Shown here: positions 48,822-59,271 of the stretch, in pieces
Layout: each line of letters begins with the position of its first letter
Position numbering within the stretch: the stretch's first letter is position 1
Assembly (NCBI GenBank): GCA_963667725.2
Contig: CAXXHO010000003.1
Span: forward strand, 768,001 to 832,000
DNA: 64,000 nt
Direction of reading: 5' to 3'
Origin: Treponemataceae bacterium
Lineage (GTDB): Bacteria > Spirochaetota > Spirochaetia > Treponematales > Rectinemataceae
The notes under the pieces: generated by a model
What the model saw: the letters and a program-made list of their open reading frames with translations, nothing else
What the model was told of the DNA's origin: nothing
The model's database searches: none
Position numbers and translations under genes: made by a program

Positions 48822-51077
48822 ATGGTAAAAATGACGAAAGATACAAACCTTACCGATCAGAAGCCCATGGCGGAGCTGTCATCGACGGAAGCATCGACCA
48901 GGAAAAAGCCGGCGCCCAAGAAGACCGCCACCAAAAAGGCCAAGCCCAAGAAGTCCGCCGCGGCCAAGGGGACGAAAAAGGCCGAGAAAGGCAAGACCCT
49001 CATCATCGTGGAATCCCCCGCCAAGGCCAAGACCATCGAAAAATATCTGGGATCGAGGTACAAGGTGCTTGCCTCCATGGGACACCTCATCGATCTCCCT
49101 AAATCGCGCATCGGCGTCGACGTGGACAATAATTTCGAACCCGAATACCTGACCATCAGGGGAAGGGCGGATGTGCTCAAGAGCCTCGTCAAGGAAGCCA
49201 AGAAATCCGAAGCCGTCATGCTGGCATCGGACCCTGACCGCGAAGGGGAGGCCATCGCCTACCAGATCGGCAAGTATATTGGGGAAAAGGAACCGGGGCT
49301 CAGGATCAAGAGGATCACCTTCAATGAAATTACGCAGAATGCCATCAAGGAAGCGGTGGACGCCCCCAGGGAAATAGACCTTACCAAGGTGGACGCGCAG
49401 AAGGCTCGTCGCGTCCTCGACAGGCTCGTCGGCTACAACCTCTCCCCCCTGCTCTGGAAAAAGGTGAAGAACGGCCTTTCGGCCGGCCGCGTCCAGTCGG
49501 CGACGCTCAAGCTCATATGCGACAGGGAAAAGGAAGTCGAATCCTTCATCCCCGAGGAGTATTGGACGATAGAGGCGGGTCTCAAGGCGCATCGTTCGAC
49601 TCTCAAGGCCGACCTCGTCCTTTACAAGAACGAGAGGCTCCAGGTCTCGAAAGAGGAAGAAGCCAAGGCGATCGTCGGCGCTCTCGAGGGCAAGCCCGCC
49701 GTCGTGAGCGATATAAGGAATACCGAAAAAGTCATAAAGCCCAAGGCGCCCTTTACGACCTCCACACTGCAGCAGACGGCCGCCAACCGCCTCGGCTTCA
49801 CTAGCAAGAAGACAATGCAGATAGCCCAGAAGCTCTACGAAGGCATAAGCATGGGAGCCCAGCGCACCGGCCTTATCTCCTACATGAGAACCGACTCCAC
49901 GCGCATTTCAGAATACGCCCTCGCCGAGGCCAGGCGCTGGATCGCGGAATTCCATCCCGGCCAGCTGCCACCCCAGGCTCAGCATTACAGCGCCGGAAAA
50001 CAGTCGCAGGACGCCCATGAGGCCATCAGGCCGACGAGGGTCGATCTCGCCCCCGACGATATCGCGCGCTTCCTCCAGCGCGACGAGCTCAGGCTCTATG
50101 CGCTTATATGGGAACGCTTCGTGGCTTCCCAGATGATCCCCGCCGTGATGAACATCACCACGGCGGACATCGCCATCGGCGAAGGACTTTTCAGGGTCTC
50201 GGCTTCCTCTTATATCGAAGAAGGCTTCTACAAGGTGATCAAGCTCGCCGCTTCCAAGGAAGAAAAGGCGAGTCACAGCCTTGCCCTCGAAGTCGGCCAG
50301 GCCCTGCCCGTCGAGAAGATCCACGCCACCCAGCATTTCACCCAGGGGCCGGCGCGCTACAACGACGCCTCCATAATCAAGGCGCTCGAGGAACTGGGCA
50401 TAGGCAGGCCTTCCACCTACGCCCCCACGATCAGCACCCTTCTTGAGCGCTATTACGTGTCCCGCCAGACGAAACAGCTGGCCCCGACCCTGCTCGGCAA
50501 GATGATAACGGAGATCCTCTCCGAATATTTCCCCGACGTCATAGGCACGGGATTCACCTCGAGCATGGAAAGACTTCTCGACCAGGTGGAAGAGGAAAAA
50601 GTCGACTGGGTCGCCGTGATGAAGGATTTCTATTTTCCGTTCAAGAAGAGGCTCGACGAGGTCATGTCCACGCTCACGAGCAAGAAAGGACAGCTGGATG
50701 AGGCGACGGACATCGTCTGCGAACTCTGCGGGAAACCCATGGTGAAGAAGCTGGGGCGTTTCGGCTTTTTCCTGGCCTGCTCCGGATTCCCCGCCTGCAA
50801 GAACACGAAGTCAATTCCCCTCGCGAAATGCCCGAAATGCGGCGGTGACATCGTCGAGCGGAAAAACCTGAAGGGCAAGCGGAAGACCTTCTACGGCTGC
50901 ACCAATTATCCCACCTGCGATTTCGTGTCCTATGACAAGCCTACCGACAAGCTCTGCCCCAAATGCGGCTGGTTCCTGGTCGAAAAGACCGACAAAGTAT
51001 CGGGCGTCCACAAGGGCTGCATCAATCCCTCGTGCGACTATCTTCATGCCAAAGACGAAGAGCGCCCGGAGGAATGA
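48822..51077 (+). CDS. topA: DNA topoisomerase I
   Basis: IVESPAKAKTI, DPDREGE, SAGRVQS, YMRTDS, C-terminal zinc ribbons; K/A-rich N-terminal tail. Confidence 0.98.
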   Translation: MVKMTKDTNLTDQKPMAELSSTEASTRKKPAPKKTATKKAKPKKSAAAKGTKKAEKGKTLIIVESPAKAKTIEKYLGSRYKVLASMGHLIDLPKSRIGVDVDNNFEPEYLTIRGRADVLKSLVKEAKKSEAVMLASDPDREGEAIAYQIGKYIGEKEPGLRIKRITFNEITQNAIKEAVDAPREIDLTKVDAQKARRVLDRLVGYNLSPLLWKKVKNGLSAGRVQSATLKLICDREKEVESFIPEEYWTIEAGLKAHRSTLKADLVLYKNERLQVSKEEEAKAIVGALEGKPAVVSDIRNTEKVIKPKAPFTTSTLQQTAANRLGFTSKKTMQIAQKLYEGISMGAQRTGLISYMRTDSTRISEYALAEARRWIAEFHPGQLPPQAQHYSAGKQSQDAHEAIRPTRVDLAPDDIARFLQRDELRLYALIWERFVASQMIPAVMNITTADIAIGEGLFRVSASSYIEEGFYKVIKLAASKEEKASHSLALEVGQALPVEKIHATQHFTQGPARYNDASIIKALEELGIGRPSTYAPTISTLLERYYVSRQTKQLAPTLLGKMITEILSEYFPDVIGTGFTSSMERLLDQVEEEKVDWVAVMKDFYFPFKKRLDEVMSTLTSKKGQLDEATDIVCELCGKPMVKKLGRFGFFLACSGFPACKNTKSIPLAKCPKCGGDIVERKNLKGKRKTFYGCTNYPTCDFVSYDKPTDKLCPKCGWFLVEKTDKVSGVHKGCINPSCDYLHAKDEERPEE

Positions 51078-51080
51078 TCG

Positions 51081-51977
51081 ATGGATAAAAGGATCGAAGA
51101 CTACCTTTCCTATCTCGAATCCGTGCGCGGCCTTTCCGAGCGGACCCTGCGCGTCTATGGAGACGACCTGGGACGGTACGAAAGCTTTCTCTCCGGCGCC
51201 GATATCGACGCGGCGGTGGCGCATGACATCCGATCCTTCGCGGGTACCCTGGTGATGGAAGGCAAGGCCGCCTCGAGCGTCAACCGCGCGCTTTCGACCA
51301 TCAGGGGTTTCTATCGATACAGAATGCGTTTCGGCGGCCTGACGAGCGATCCCGGGCGAGAAGTGGAGAACCTTTCGGCGACGAGACCTTTACCTAAGTT
51401 CATGTTCGAGGACGAGATGGCTCAGCTCATCGAATCCATCGACGGAACGGGCTTCGCGGAAACCCGCGACAGGGCTCTTTTCGAAGTCCTGTACAGTACG
51501 GGATGCCGGGCCTCGGAAATAGCGGGCATGACGATCGAGAAGATCGATTTTCCGAGAGGAATCATACGCGTCCTGGGCAAAGGTTCCAAGGAGAGGGTCG
51601 TCTTCCTCGGCAGGATGGCGTCGACAGCCCTCGCCAACTACCTTGTCACGCGCGCCATGCGCCTGACGAAACTGCGCGTATCGGATCACCGGCGCGCCTT
51701 CGTCAACGCCAAGGGCGGCCCCCTCACGGTGCGGGGCATCGAGAAAATTGTGGAAAAACGGCGCGCGGCCTCGAACATGAAGAAGATCGTTTCGCCGCAC
51801 GCTTTCAGGCACAGCTTCGCGACCCAGCTCGTCGCGGCTGGCGCCGACATCAGGGTTGTCCAGGAGATGCTGGGACATTCGAGCATATCGACGACGCAGG
51901 TCTACACCCACGTCGATATGGAGCATCTGCGCAAGGTCTACGAGCTCGCGCATCCGCATGGAACGAAGGAGCGATAG
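51081..51977 (+). CDS. xerC: tyrosine recombinase (XerC-like)
   Basis: LYSTGCRASE, GKGSKER, SPHAFRHSFAT, LGHSSISTTQVYTH; topA-xerC-hslV order. Confidence 0.87.
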   Translation: MDKRIEDYLSYLESVRGLSERTLRVYGDDLGRYESFLSGADIDAAVAHDIRSFAGTLVMEGKAASSVNRALSTIRGFYRYRMRFGGLTSDPGREVENLSATRPLPKFMFEDEMAQLIESIDGTGFAETRDRALFEVLYSTGCRASEIAGMTIEKIDFPRGIIRVLGKGSKERVVFLGRMASTALANYLVTRAMRLTKLRVSDHRRAFVNAKGGPLTVRGIEKIVEKRRAASNMKKIVSPHAFRHSFATQLVAAGADIRVVQEMLGHSSISTTQVYTHVDMEHLRKVYELAHPHGTKER

Positions 51978-52598
51978 ATGTCCGACAGCGACAGAAAGAA
52001 ATTCCGTTCGACGACGGTGCTCGTCGTGAGAAAGAATGGCCATGTCGCCATGGCAGGCGACGGTCAGGTCACCCTGGGCGAGACGGTCATGAAGAGCAAC
52101 GCCCGCAAAGTGCGCACGATCTACGGAGGGAAAGTCCTCTGCGGCTTCGCCGGCGCCACCGCCGACGCCTTCGCCCTCCTCGAACATTTTGAGGTGAAGA
52201 TTCAGGAATACGGCGGCGACCTCACGAGGGCGGCCGTGGAATTGGCCAAGGACTGGAGGACAGACAGGATCCTCCGCAAGCTTGAAGCCATGCTCCTCGT
52301 GGCCGACGCCAAGAAATCCCTCCTCCTCTCGGGAACGGGCGATGTGGTGGACCCGGCAGAGGACGCCGTGGCCATCGGATCGGGCGGCCCCTACGCCTAC
52401 GCGGCGGCTATGGCTTACCTGGAAGCGTCGAAGAGCTTTGAGGAAAAACTGGCGGGCGTCCAGCTTCCCGCGGGCGATCCCTCCGAGACGCCCCTCCACG
52501 CCTTCATGGGCGCGGCGGATATCGCGCGCAGGAGTCTCCAGATCGCTTCGGGCATCTGCATCTACACGAACGACAAGATCATGGTGGAGGAAATATGA
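51978..52598 (+). CDS. hslV: ATP-dependent protease subunit HslV
   Basis: STT, GDGQVT, GFAG..ADA, IGSGG, ICIYTN. Confidence 0.97.
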   Translation: MSDSDRKKFRSTTVLVVRKNGHVAMAGDGQVTLGETVMKSNARKVRTIYGGKVLCGFAGATADAFALLEHFEVKIQEYGGDLTRAAVELAKDWRTDRILRKLEAMLLVADAKKSLLLSGTGDVVDPAEDAVAIGSGGPYAYAAAMAYLEASKSFEEKLAGVQLPAGDPSETPLHAFMGAADIARRSLQIASGICIYTNDKIMVEEI

Positions 52599-53965
52599 CG
52601 CCGGTTGGATTCGATGCGCTGACCCCCCGGGCCATTGTCGAAGAACTCGATAAATACATCATCGGCCAGACAAAGGCCAAGAAAAGCGTGGCCATCGCGC
52701 TGCGCAACCGCATGCGGCGCCAGCGCCTGTCCGAGGAAATGCGAGACGAGATAGCGCCCAAGAACATACTCATGATGGGCCCGACGGGCGTCGGCAAAAC
52801 CGAAATCGCCAGGAGACTGGCCAAACTCTGCGGAGCTCCCTTCATCAAGGTGGAAGCGACAAAGTTCACCGAAGTGGGCTATGTCGGACGCGACGTCGAA
52901 TCCATGATACGAGACCTCATGGCTTCGGGCGTGGCCATGGTCAAGGAAGAGATGCAGGCGGAAGTGGCGGCCGAGGCGAAGCGGAGAGCCGAAGAACGTC
53001 TTCTCGATCTTCTCCTGCCTGGCCTGTCCAATTCGGTGGAACCGGTAGGCTCCACGCAGGCCACCCTCGTGCAGCCGCTTCCGCCGAACGAGACCCGCGA
53101 AAAATTCAGGAAACTCCTGCGCGAGGGCAAGCTCGATTCCCGCGAGCTGGAAATCACCGTGAACGCGGCGGCGCCTTCCATGGAACTGTTCGCGGGAACC
53201 CAGATGGAAGATATGGGCGTGGCGCTGGGCAGCATAGGCAACATGTTCGGCGGAAAGCGCAAGAAGAAGAGCGTCAGCGTGGCCGAAGCCCTCCCCATCC
53301 TCGAGGCCGAGGAAATGGAGAAACTCGTCGATCCCGACAAGGCGGCCCAGGAAGCGAGGCGCCGCGTCCAGGATTTCGGCATCGTCTTCATCGATGAGCT
53401 CGACAAGGTCGCCAACAAGGAAAGCCGCGGCGCTTCGGGCATCGACGTATCGCGCGAAGGCGTCCAGCGGGACCTTCTGCCCATCGTCGAGGGAACCATC
53501 GTCAACACGAAATGGGGCGCCGTGGACACGACACACATCCTCTTCATCGCGGCGGGAGCCTTTACCGTCTCCAAACCCCAGGACCTCATCCCCGAACTCC
53601 AGGGCAGGTTTCCCATCCGCGTCGAACTGGACGCTCTCACCGACAGGGATTTCGAAAGGATACTGACCGAACCCAAGAATGCCCTGGTCATCCAGTACGC
53701 CCAGCTTCTTTCGACGGAGTCGGTGAACATCAGCTTCGAGAAGGGCGCCATCGCGCGGATAGCCCAGATAGCGGCCGCCGCCAATACCCAGACCGAAAAC
53801 ATCGGAGCCCGCCGTCTCCATACCGTGCTGGAGCGGCTTCTCGAGGATCTTTCTTTCGAAGCCGACACGATGGCCGGACAGAATGTCGTGATCGATGTCG
53901 CATATGTCGACGGGAAATTCAAGGATTATGCCGAAAGGCAGGATTTGAGCAAATACATTTTGTAG
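52595..53965 (+). CDS. hslU: ATP-dependent protease ATPase HslU
   Basis: [39 protein letters not shown]. Confidence 0.98.
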   Translation: MTPVGFDALTPRAIVEELDKYIIGQTKAKKSVAIALRNRMRRQRLSEEMRDEIAPKNILMMGPTGVGKTEIARRLAKLCGAPFIKVEATKFTEVGYVGRDVESMIRDLMASGVAMVKEEMQAEVAAEAKRRAEERLLDLLLPGLSNSVEPVGSTQATLVQPLPPNETREKFRKLLREGKLDSRELEITVNAAAPSMELFAGTQMEDMGVALGSIGNMFGGKRKKKSVSVAEALPILEAEEMEKLVDPDKAAQEARRRVQDFGIVFIDELDKVANKESRGASGIDVSREGVQRDLLPIVEGTIVNTKWGAVDTTHILFIAAGAFTVSKPQDLIPELQGRFPIRVELDALTDRDFERILTEPKNALVIQYAQLLSTESVNISFEKGAIARIAQIAAAANTQTENIGARRLHTVLERLLEDLSFEADTMAGQNVVIDVAYVDGKFKDYAERQDLSKYIL

Positions 53966-53983
53966 CAGGAGGGCCGATCAGCC

Positions 53984-54796
53984 ATGGACTCGATAAATTT
54001 ATGCAACTGCGACATCGACAACTCCGCCGAAGTGATGGAGCGCGAACTTTGGGACCGATACCAGAGCAGCCGTGACCCCAAGATCAGGGATCATCTTGTC
54101 GAGCAATACGCTCCGCTCGTGAAATACGTGGCTGGAAAAGTGGCCGCGAACCTCCCTTCGTCGGTTGAGTACGACGACCTGGTGGGATACGGAGTCTTCG
54201 GCCTCTTCGACGCCATCGATAAATTCGATACGGCCAAACATGTAAAGTTCAAGACCTATGCCGTCACCAGAATCAGGGGCGCGATGTACGATCACCTGAG
54301 GGAGATGGATTGGGTCCCGCGCTCGGTGAGACAGAAGGCCAAGGAAATCGAGCAGGCGGTGATGATCCTGGAGGCGAGACTCGGACGTCCCGCCTCGGAC
54401 TCGGAAATCGCCGCGTCCATGAATCTTCGCGAGGCGGAATTCTCGCATCTCATGAGCAAGATTTCCAGCACCGCCATTCTGTCGCTCAACGACATCTGGA
54501 ATTCAGGCACCGACAGCGAGAAAATGTGCATCGGCGAGAGCATCGAATCGCCCAGAGGCCTCAACCCCGATTCCTCCGTCGAGAAAGAGGAAATCAGGCG
54601 GGTCATAAAGCAGGCGATCACCGAGCTTCCGGAAAAGGAGAAAAAGGTTCTCGTGCTCTATTATTATGAGAATCTGACGCTGCGGGAAATCGGCCAGATC
54701 CTGGACGTCACCGAATCGCGGATTAGCCAGCTGCATACGAAAGCGATCATCAGACTCAGGGCTAAGCTCACGAGCCGCCGAAAAGGCATATTCTAA
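53984..54796 (+). CDS. fliA: FliA/WhiG-family sigma factor (sigma-28)
   Basis: GL.DAI.KFD, F.TYA..RIRGA..D.LR..DWVPRSVR, LT..EIG..L.VTESRISQLH. Confidence 0.94.
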   Translation: MDSINLCNCDIDNSAEVMERELWDRYQSSRDPKIRDHLVEQYAPLVKYVAGKVAANLPSSVEYDDLVGYGVFGLFDAIDKFDTAKHVKFKTYAVTRIRGAMYDHLREMDWVPRSVRQKAKEIEQAVMILEARLGRPASDSEIAASMNLREAEFSHLMSKISSTAILSLNDIWNSGTDSEKMCIGESIESPRGLNPDSSVEKEEIRRVIKQAITELPEKEKKVLVLYYYENLTLREIGQILDVTESRISQLHTKAIIRLRAKLTSRRKGIF

Positions 54797-54825
54797 GCGG
54801 CGGCGACGAAACGCGAAGCGATTGA

Positions 54826-54854
54826 AGGGGGCCGAAAGGCTCCCTTATTTTTTT
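54826..54854 (+). terminator. intrinsic terminator at the convergence of two operons
   Basis: AAGGGGGCC-GAAA-GGCTCCCTT followed by A and a T run. Confidence 0.8.
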
Positions 54855-56245
54855 TCCTCATCTTTCGGGGAGTCTTTCGCCTGCTCCTGCTTTTCGGCGG
54901 CGGCGATTCCGTATTCCTCGATCTTCTGATACAAAGTCTTGCGGCCTATCTTCAGCACCTCGGCGGTCTTCGTCTTGTTGCCTCCCAGCATGGCGAGCGT
55001 TTCGGCGATGATGATTTTTTCCGCCTCCTCGAGCGTGCAGAAGGCGGGAAGATGCAGCTCCTTCTTTTCCTGGGTGGAGCGCGGCCCGGGAGGAAGATCG
55101 TCCACCGTTATGAACTGCGTCGAGGCCATCACCACGGCGCTCTCGATGCAGTTGCGCAGTTCGCGCACATTGCCCGGCCAATCGTAAGCGTAGAGCGCCT
55201 GCCTGGACCGAGGATCGAAGCCCTCGATTTTCTTGCCGTTTTCCTGGCTGAATTCGTGGAGGAAGGTGGCGGCGAGGAGGGGAATGTCCTCTCGCCTTTC
55301 CCGCAGGGGAGGGACGTGGATGTTGACGACGTTGAGCCGGTAATAGAGATCTTCCCTGAAATGTCCGGCCGTTATTTCATCCTTCAGGTCCTTGTTGGTG
55401 GCCGCTATGAAGCGCACATCGACTTCGAGCGTGGATTCGCCGCCCACCCTCTCGAATTTCCTGTCCTGCAGCACGCGTAGAATCTTTATCTGGACATTCT
55501 GGTTTATCTCGCCTATCTCGTCGAGGAACAGGCTTCCGGTGTCGGCCAACTCGAAACGGCCTCTTTTCCGCGTCTGCGCTCCCGTGAAGGCCCCTTTTTC
55601 ATGCCCGAAGAGCTCGCTCTCCAGAAGGCTTTCGGCCAGCGCCGCGCAATGCACTTTTATCAGCGGCTTGTCCCTGCGCGGAGAAAGATTGTGGAGCGCG
55701 TCGGCTATCAGCTCCTTGCCGACGCCGGACTCTCCCGTTATGAGGACGCTGGCCCTCGTAGGCGCCACCTTGCGGATGAGATCGAAGATTTTCCGCATGG
55801 CCGGACTCTTGCCGATGATCGAGCTGATGCGCTGCTGAGCCAGAACTTCCTCGCGCAGCTCCTGGTTTTTGATCGAGAGCTCCCTGATTTCCAGGGCGTT
55901 TTTCGTGAGTTTCAGGAGATGTTCGAGATCGAGGGGTTTCGTGATGAATTCCAAGGCGCCGAACTGCATCGCCGAAACGGCTTCCGAAATGTCGCCGTGG
56001 GCCGTGATGATGATGACGGGGACATTCTGCCAGCGGCGCTTGATATGCTGGAGAAGCTCCATGCCTGAAACTTTCGGCATCTTCAGATCGGTTATCACGA
56101 GATCGATGTACTGTTCCTCGAGAAGCTGCATCGCCTCCTGGCCGTCCGAGGCCGTCAGCGGGGCGTAGCCCTCCATGCCGAAAGCCTCGGCGAGGCCGTC
56201 GCGTATGTTCTTTTCGTCGTCGACGATGAGAATGGTGAACTGCAT
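54845..56245 (-). CDS. sigma54-dependent response regulator (NtrC family, Rrp2-like)
   Basis: REC (DLKMP), GESGVGKE, ESELFGHEKGAFTGA, WPGNVREL, C-terminal HTH. Confidence 0.95.
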   Translation of the reverse strand: MQFTILIVDDEKNIRDGLAEAFGMEGYAPLTASDGQEAMQLLEEQYIDLVITDLKMPKVSGMELLQHIKRRWQNVPVIIITAHGDISEAVSAMQFGALEFITKPLDLEHLLKLTKNALEIRELSIKNQELREEVLAQQRISSIIGKSPAMRKIFDLIRKVAPTRASVLITGESGVGKELIADALHNLSPRRDKPLIKVHCAALAESLLESELFGHEKGAFTGAQTRKRGRFELADTGSLFLDEIGEINQNVQIKILRVLQDRKFERVGGESTLEVDVRFIAATNKDLKDEITAGHFREDLYYRLNVVNIHVPPLRERREDIPLLAATFLHEFSQENGKKIEGFDPRSRQALYAYDWPGNVRELRNCIESAVVMASTQFITVDDLPPGPRSTQEKKELHLPAFCTLEEAEKIIIAETLAMLGGNKTKTAEVLKIGRKTLYQKIEEYGIAAAEKQEQAKDSPKDEEKK

Positions 56246-57439
56246 CTAGTCCTCCGCCTGTGATCCGGCGATAGCCACCGCATCCTGCCATTGGGGAAGC
56301 GATTTCTTCTCTTTTTGAGGAACGGGAAGATGGATGGTGAACGTGGAGCCTTTCCCTTCCTTGGATTCGAGGCTGATATCCCCCGAATGTTCCTTGATGA
56401 TCTTGAACGTGATGGTGAGACCGAGGCCTGTCCCGCTCTTTTTCGTCGTGAAATACGGCTCGAAAATCTTCGTGAGCATATCCTCTGGAATGCCGGTACC
56501 CGTATCGGAGACGGAAATCGTCAACTCGTCATTGGTAGCCGCCACCGCTATGCCCAGGTTGCCCCCATCGGGCATGGCGGCCATCGCGTTCTGGATAAGA
56601 TTGAGAAGTGCCTGCTTTATATGACGCTTATCCATGAGAACGCGCGGCAGATCATCGCCGATCGACACGTCGACATTGATTCCTTTTCTGTCGGCCTCTG
56701 GCTGGATGAGATCGGCGATTTCCTCGACGATCTGGGCCGGGTTTTCGCTCATGAGCTGTATATCCATAGGCCTGACGGCGAAAAGAAAGTCCACGACAAT
56801 GTGCTTGAGCCTGTCCATCTCCTCTTTTACGACATTGAGATGCTTCTTCATCGCGGCTTTATCCGTTTTCTCAGGCTTCAGCAGCTTCTCGAGAAGCTGG
56901 ATTCTTATGGAAATGGAACCCAGGGGATTGTTGATCTCATGGGCCACGCCGGCGGCCAGCGTCGTCAGCGCGGCGAGGCTCTCGGCTCTTCGAAGCTGGG
57001 TTTCCTTCTTGCGCTTTTCGGTGATGTCCTCGATGTGGATGATGGTGCCGGCAATCCTGTCCTCGGAGAGCAAGGCCGAGAGGCTTATCGCGATGATGCG
57101 CGTTCCACCTGAACTCTGGAGGGCGAACTCGCGTCCGAGGATCGTCTCTTCCGAGGTCAGCGCTTTATAGAAGAAATCCTTGAGCTCCTCGTCCGCGATC
57201 GCCATCCAGAAGGGGCTTCCTCCCCATCCGCCTTGGATGCGGAGAATTCTTTCGGCTGATTTGTTGATGAGGACGGGCTCATGGTTCAGGCTGCAGACGA
57301 CGATGCCGTCGAACATAGACTGGAGGGCGGCCTCCAGCCTGTCGTTCGTCAGCACGAGTTCATTGAACAGAGTCCGAAGCTGGTCGTTGGTCAGCTTGTC
57401 CGCCCGCGACAGGGCTTTTCCCAGGAATGAAGGTTTCAT
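56246..57439 (-). CDS. cytoplasmic PAS histidine kinase (Hk2/NtrB-like)
   Basis: AHEINNPL, NLIQNA, DTGTG, GTGLGL; no TM segment. Confidence 0.93.
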   Translation of the reverse strand: MKPSFLGKALSRADKLTNDQLRTLFNELVLTNDRLEAALQSMFDGIVVCSLNHEPVLINKSAERILRIQGGWGGSPFWMAIADEELKDFFYKALTSEETILGREFALQSSGGTRIIAISLSALLSEDRIAGTIIHIEDITEKRKKETQLRRAESLAALTTLAAGVAHEINNPLGSISIRIQLLEKLLKPEKTDKAAMKKHLNVVKEEMDRLKHIVVDFLFAVRPMDIQLMSENPAQIVEEIADLIQPEADRKGINVDVSIGDDLPRVLMDKRHIKQALLNLIQNAMAAMPDGGNLGIAVAATNDELTISVSDTGTGIPEDMLTKIFEPYFTTKKSGTGLGLTITFKIIKEHSGDISLESKEGKGSTFTIHLPVPQKEKKSLPQWQDAVAIAGSQAED

Positions 57440-58728
57440 CGATCATCTCCGAATGATGTGGCGAGCACTTTGATGAGCAGATCGGGACTCCTGTTCAGCG
57501 AGCCGTATTGAACCGCCGCTTCGCGGGCGAGCCGGGACCAGCGGTCGATCGCCGCGACGATGGCCGGCTCCCCCGCCGATTCCCGCAGCAAACCTGAAAA
57601 AACCGAAAGCAAGGCGCGTATGAAGTGATTGAAGGAGCCGGCCATCGTCTTGTCCTTGGCCCCGAACCCTCCTGTTGCCTCGCCAAGCTCTTCCAGAAGC
57701 TCGGACATGGATTTTCCCGACTTGTCCGCGTCGGACGCGAGGAGGCGGCCGTATGGGCCGCTGGTGGGGATTTTATCGCCCAGATCGAGCAGTATCCTGC
57801 CCGTGAAGCGTTCCGCGTGGAGTTTCGCCAGGGCGGGAGGGAAAGGGATGCGGGATTCGAAGTAGGCCTGGAGGCTGGGCGTCATCTCGTTCGATTTGAA
57901 GACCCTGGAGAGGATGAGCTCCGTGGCCGCCTGATCGCGCGGAGCGAAGGGATAGAGCCGCGAACGCGAGAGGATGGTGGCCATCATGGAAGCCCGCCGG
58001 CTCGTGAGCAGGATGAAGCGCACGGTCTTCGGGGGTTCTTCCAGTATTTTCAGCATGGCGTTCCTGGCCGAGTCCTGCATCCTGTCGGCGTTTTCTATGA
58101 TGATCGTTTTGCAGTTCCCGGCGGGGGCGAGTTGGGCCCAGATCGCCATGTTGCGGATCATGAAGACGCCGGGGGCTTCGGGCGCGAAGACTTCAAGAGC
58201 CAGGGCGTCGGCATAGACTGAGTCCACGGCTTTGGCGACGGAAGGCGGTATGCCTTCGCGCAGGCTTTCGGGGACCAGAGCCTCGGGTTGGATGAGGTCC
58301 ATGGCTTCCTCGATCGACTGGAGGAGGCTCGCGGCTTTTCCCAGCTTCGTTTCCTCGCCGCTCCACAGCGCGGGGCTGAAGCGGGCGAGAAGCTTCCGGA
58401 TCGATCGCAGGAAAAAGTAGGCGGAGGGCTGACCGGGGCGACGGAGGAAAAATTCCTTCGCCACCACGATTTCCTCGGGAAAGCTGCGTTTTCCGAAGAG
58501 AAGGAGATCGCCGTGGATGAGCTGCAGGTGACGCGCGCAATCTGGACAGGCGCAGTTCCAGACGCCTTGCCTCGCGCAGGAAAGGACTCTGGCCGTCTCC
58601 AGCGCCGCGGTAAGCTTGCCTGAAGCGGGAGGTCCGGAAAACAGCAGGGCCGGCGGCAGGGAGCCGCTGCCTATATCGCCGATGAGAGAGGCTACTGTCG
58701 CTTCCTGGGCAAGTAAATTCTCGTACAT
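57436..58728 (-). CDS. DNA polymerase III delta'-like clamp-loader subunit
   Basis: LLFSGPPASGK, Cys cluster, NA.LKILEEPP, TILSR. Confidence 0.82.
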   Translation of the reverse strand: MYENLLAQEATVASLIGDIGSGSLPPALLFSGPPASGKLTAALETARVLSCARQGVWNCACPDCARHLQLIHGDLLLFGKRSFPEEIVVAKEFFLRRPGQPSAYFFLRSIRKLLARFSPALWSGEETKLGKAASLLQSIEEAMDLIQPEALVPESLREGIPPSVAKAVDSVYADALALEVFAPEAPGVFMIRNMAIWAQLAPAGNCKTIIIENADRMQDSARNAMLKILEEPPKTVRFILLTSRRASMMATILSRSRLYPFAPRDQAATELILSRVFKSNEMTPSLQAYFESRIPFPPALAKLHAERFTGRILLDLGDKIPTSGPYGRLLASDADKSGKSMSELLEELGEATGGFGAKDKTMAGSFNHFIRALLSVFSGLLRESAGEPAIVAAIDRWSRLAREAAVQYGSLNRSPDLLIKVLATSFGDDR

Positions 58729-58731
58729 AGG

Positions 58732-59271
58732 CTATTTCTTCGGCTTGAAGAGGTTCTGCAGGTTCAGGGATTTGCCCGTTCCCTCGAGGGCCGGCTTCAG
58801 GGTTTCATTTATGGCGGGCCCTATGATGGGAAGTATGGTGCTGGCGAAAAACGAGTTGGCCAGGGCTGTCTTGACGTCAAAGAAAGGCTGGATTTCCATG
58901 ACGACGAGGACGAGGGCCACGATGGCCAGTCCTTCGGCGATTCCGAGCGCGAGGCCGAGCACTCTGTCGAATATGTCAAGATTGGCCGCCTCGAGCCCTT
59001 CACGGATGAGCCTTTCGATTAGCTTCATGATGAGGAATCCCAGAACGAAGCAGATGATGAAGGCGATGACGTACTGAACGCTGGCCGGCAAGGTTCCCGT
59101 CCCCAGTTTTTTGGCGGCGAACTCTATGACGGTGTTGGAAAAAAGCAGTCCGGCGAAAAGGCCTACAGCGTAGGAGGCCACCGAAAGAACTTCCTGGACG
59201 AAACCGCGGACGAAGCATCTCGCGGCGAGAATGATGATGATGCCCGTGAAGATCCAGTCCATGGTGCTCAT
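58732..59271 (-). CDS. cvpA: CvpA family membrane protein
   Basis: D, RGFV.E, DR.LG..LG..EG; ATGA overlap with murG. Confidence 0.88.
   Translation of the reverse strand: MSTMDWIFTGIIIILAARCFVRGFVQEVLSVASYAVGLFAGLLFSNTVIEFAAKKLGTGTLPASVQYVIAFIICFVLGFLIMKLIERLIREGLEAANLDIFDRVLGLALGIAEGLAIVALVLVVMEIQPFFDVKTALANSFFASTILPIIGPAINETLKPALEGTGKSLNLQNLFKPKK

Noticed and set aside
46874..51977. Two tyrosine recombinases as a mobile element, including a shared 20-bp sequence TTCAGGCACAGCTTCGCGAC
   Set aside because: Gene order matches housekeeping xerD/xerC; the shared bases encode the conserved FRHSFAT motif
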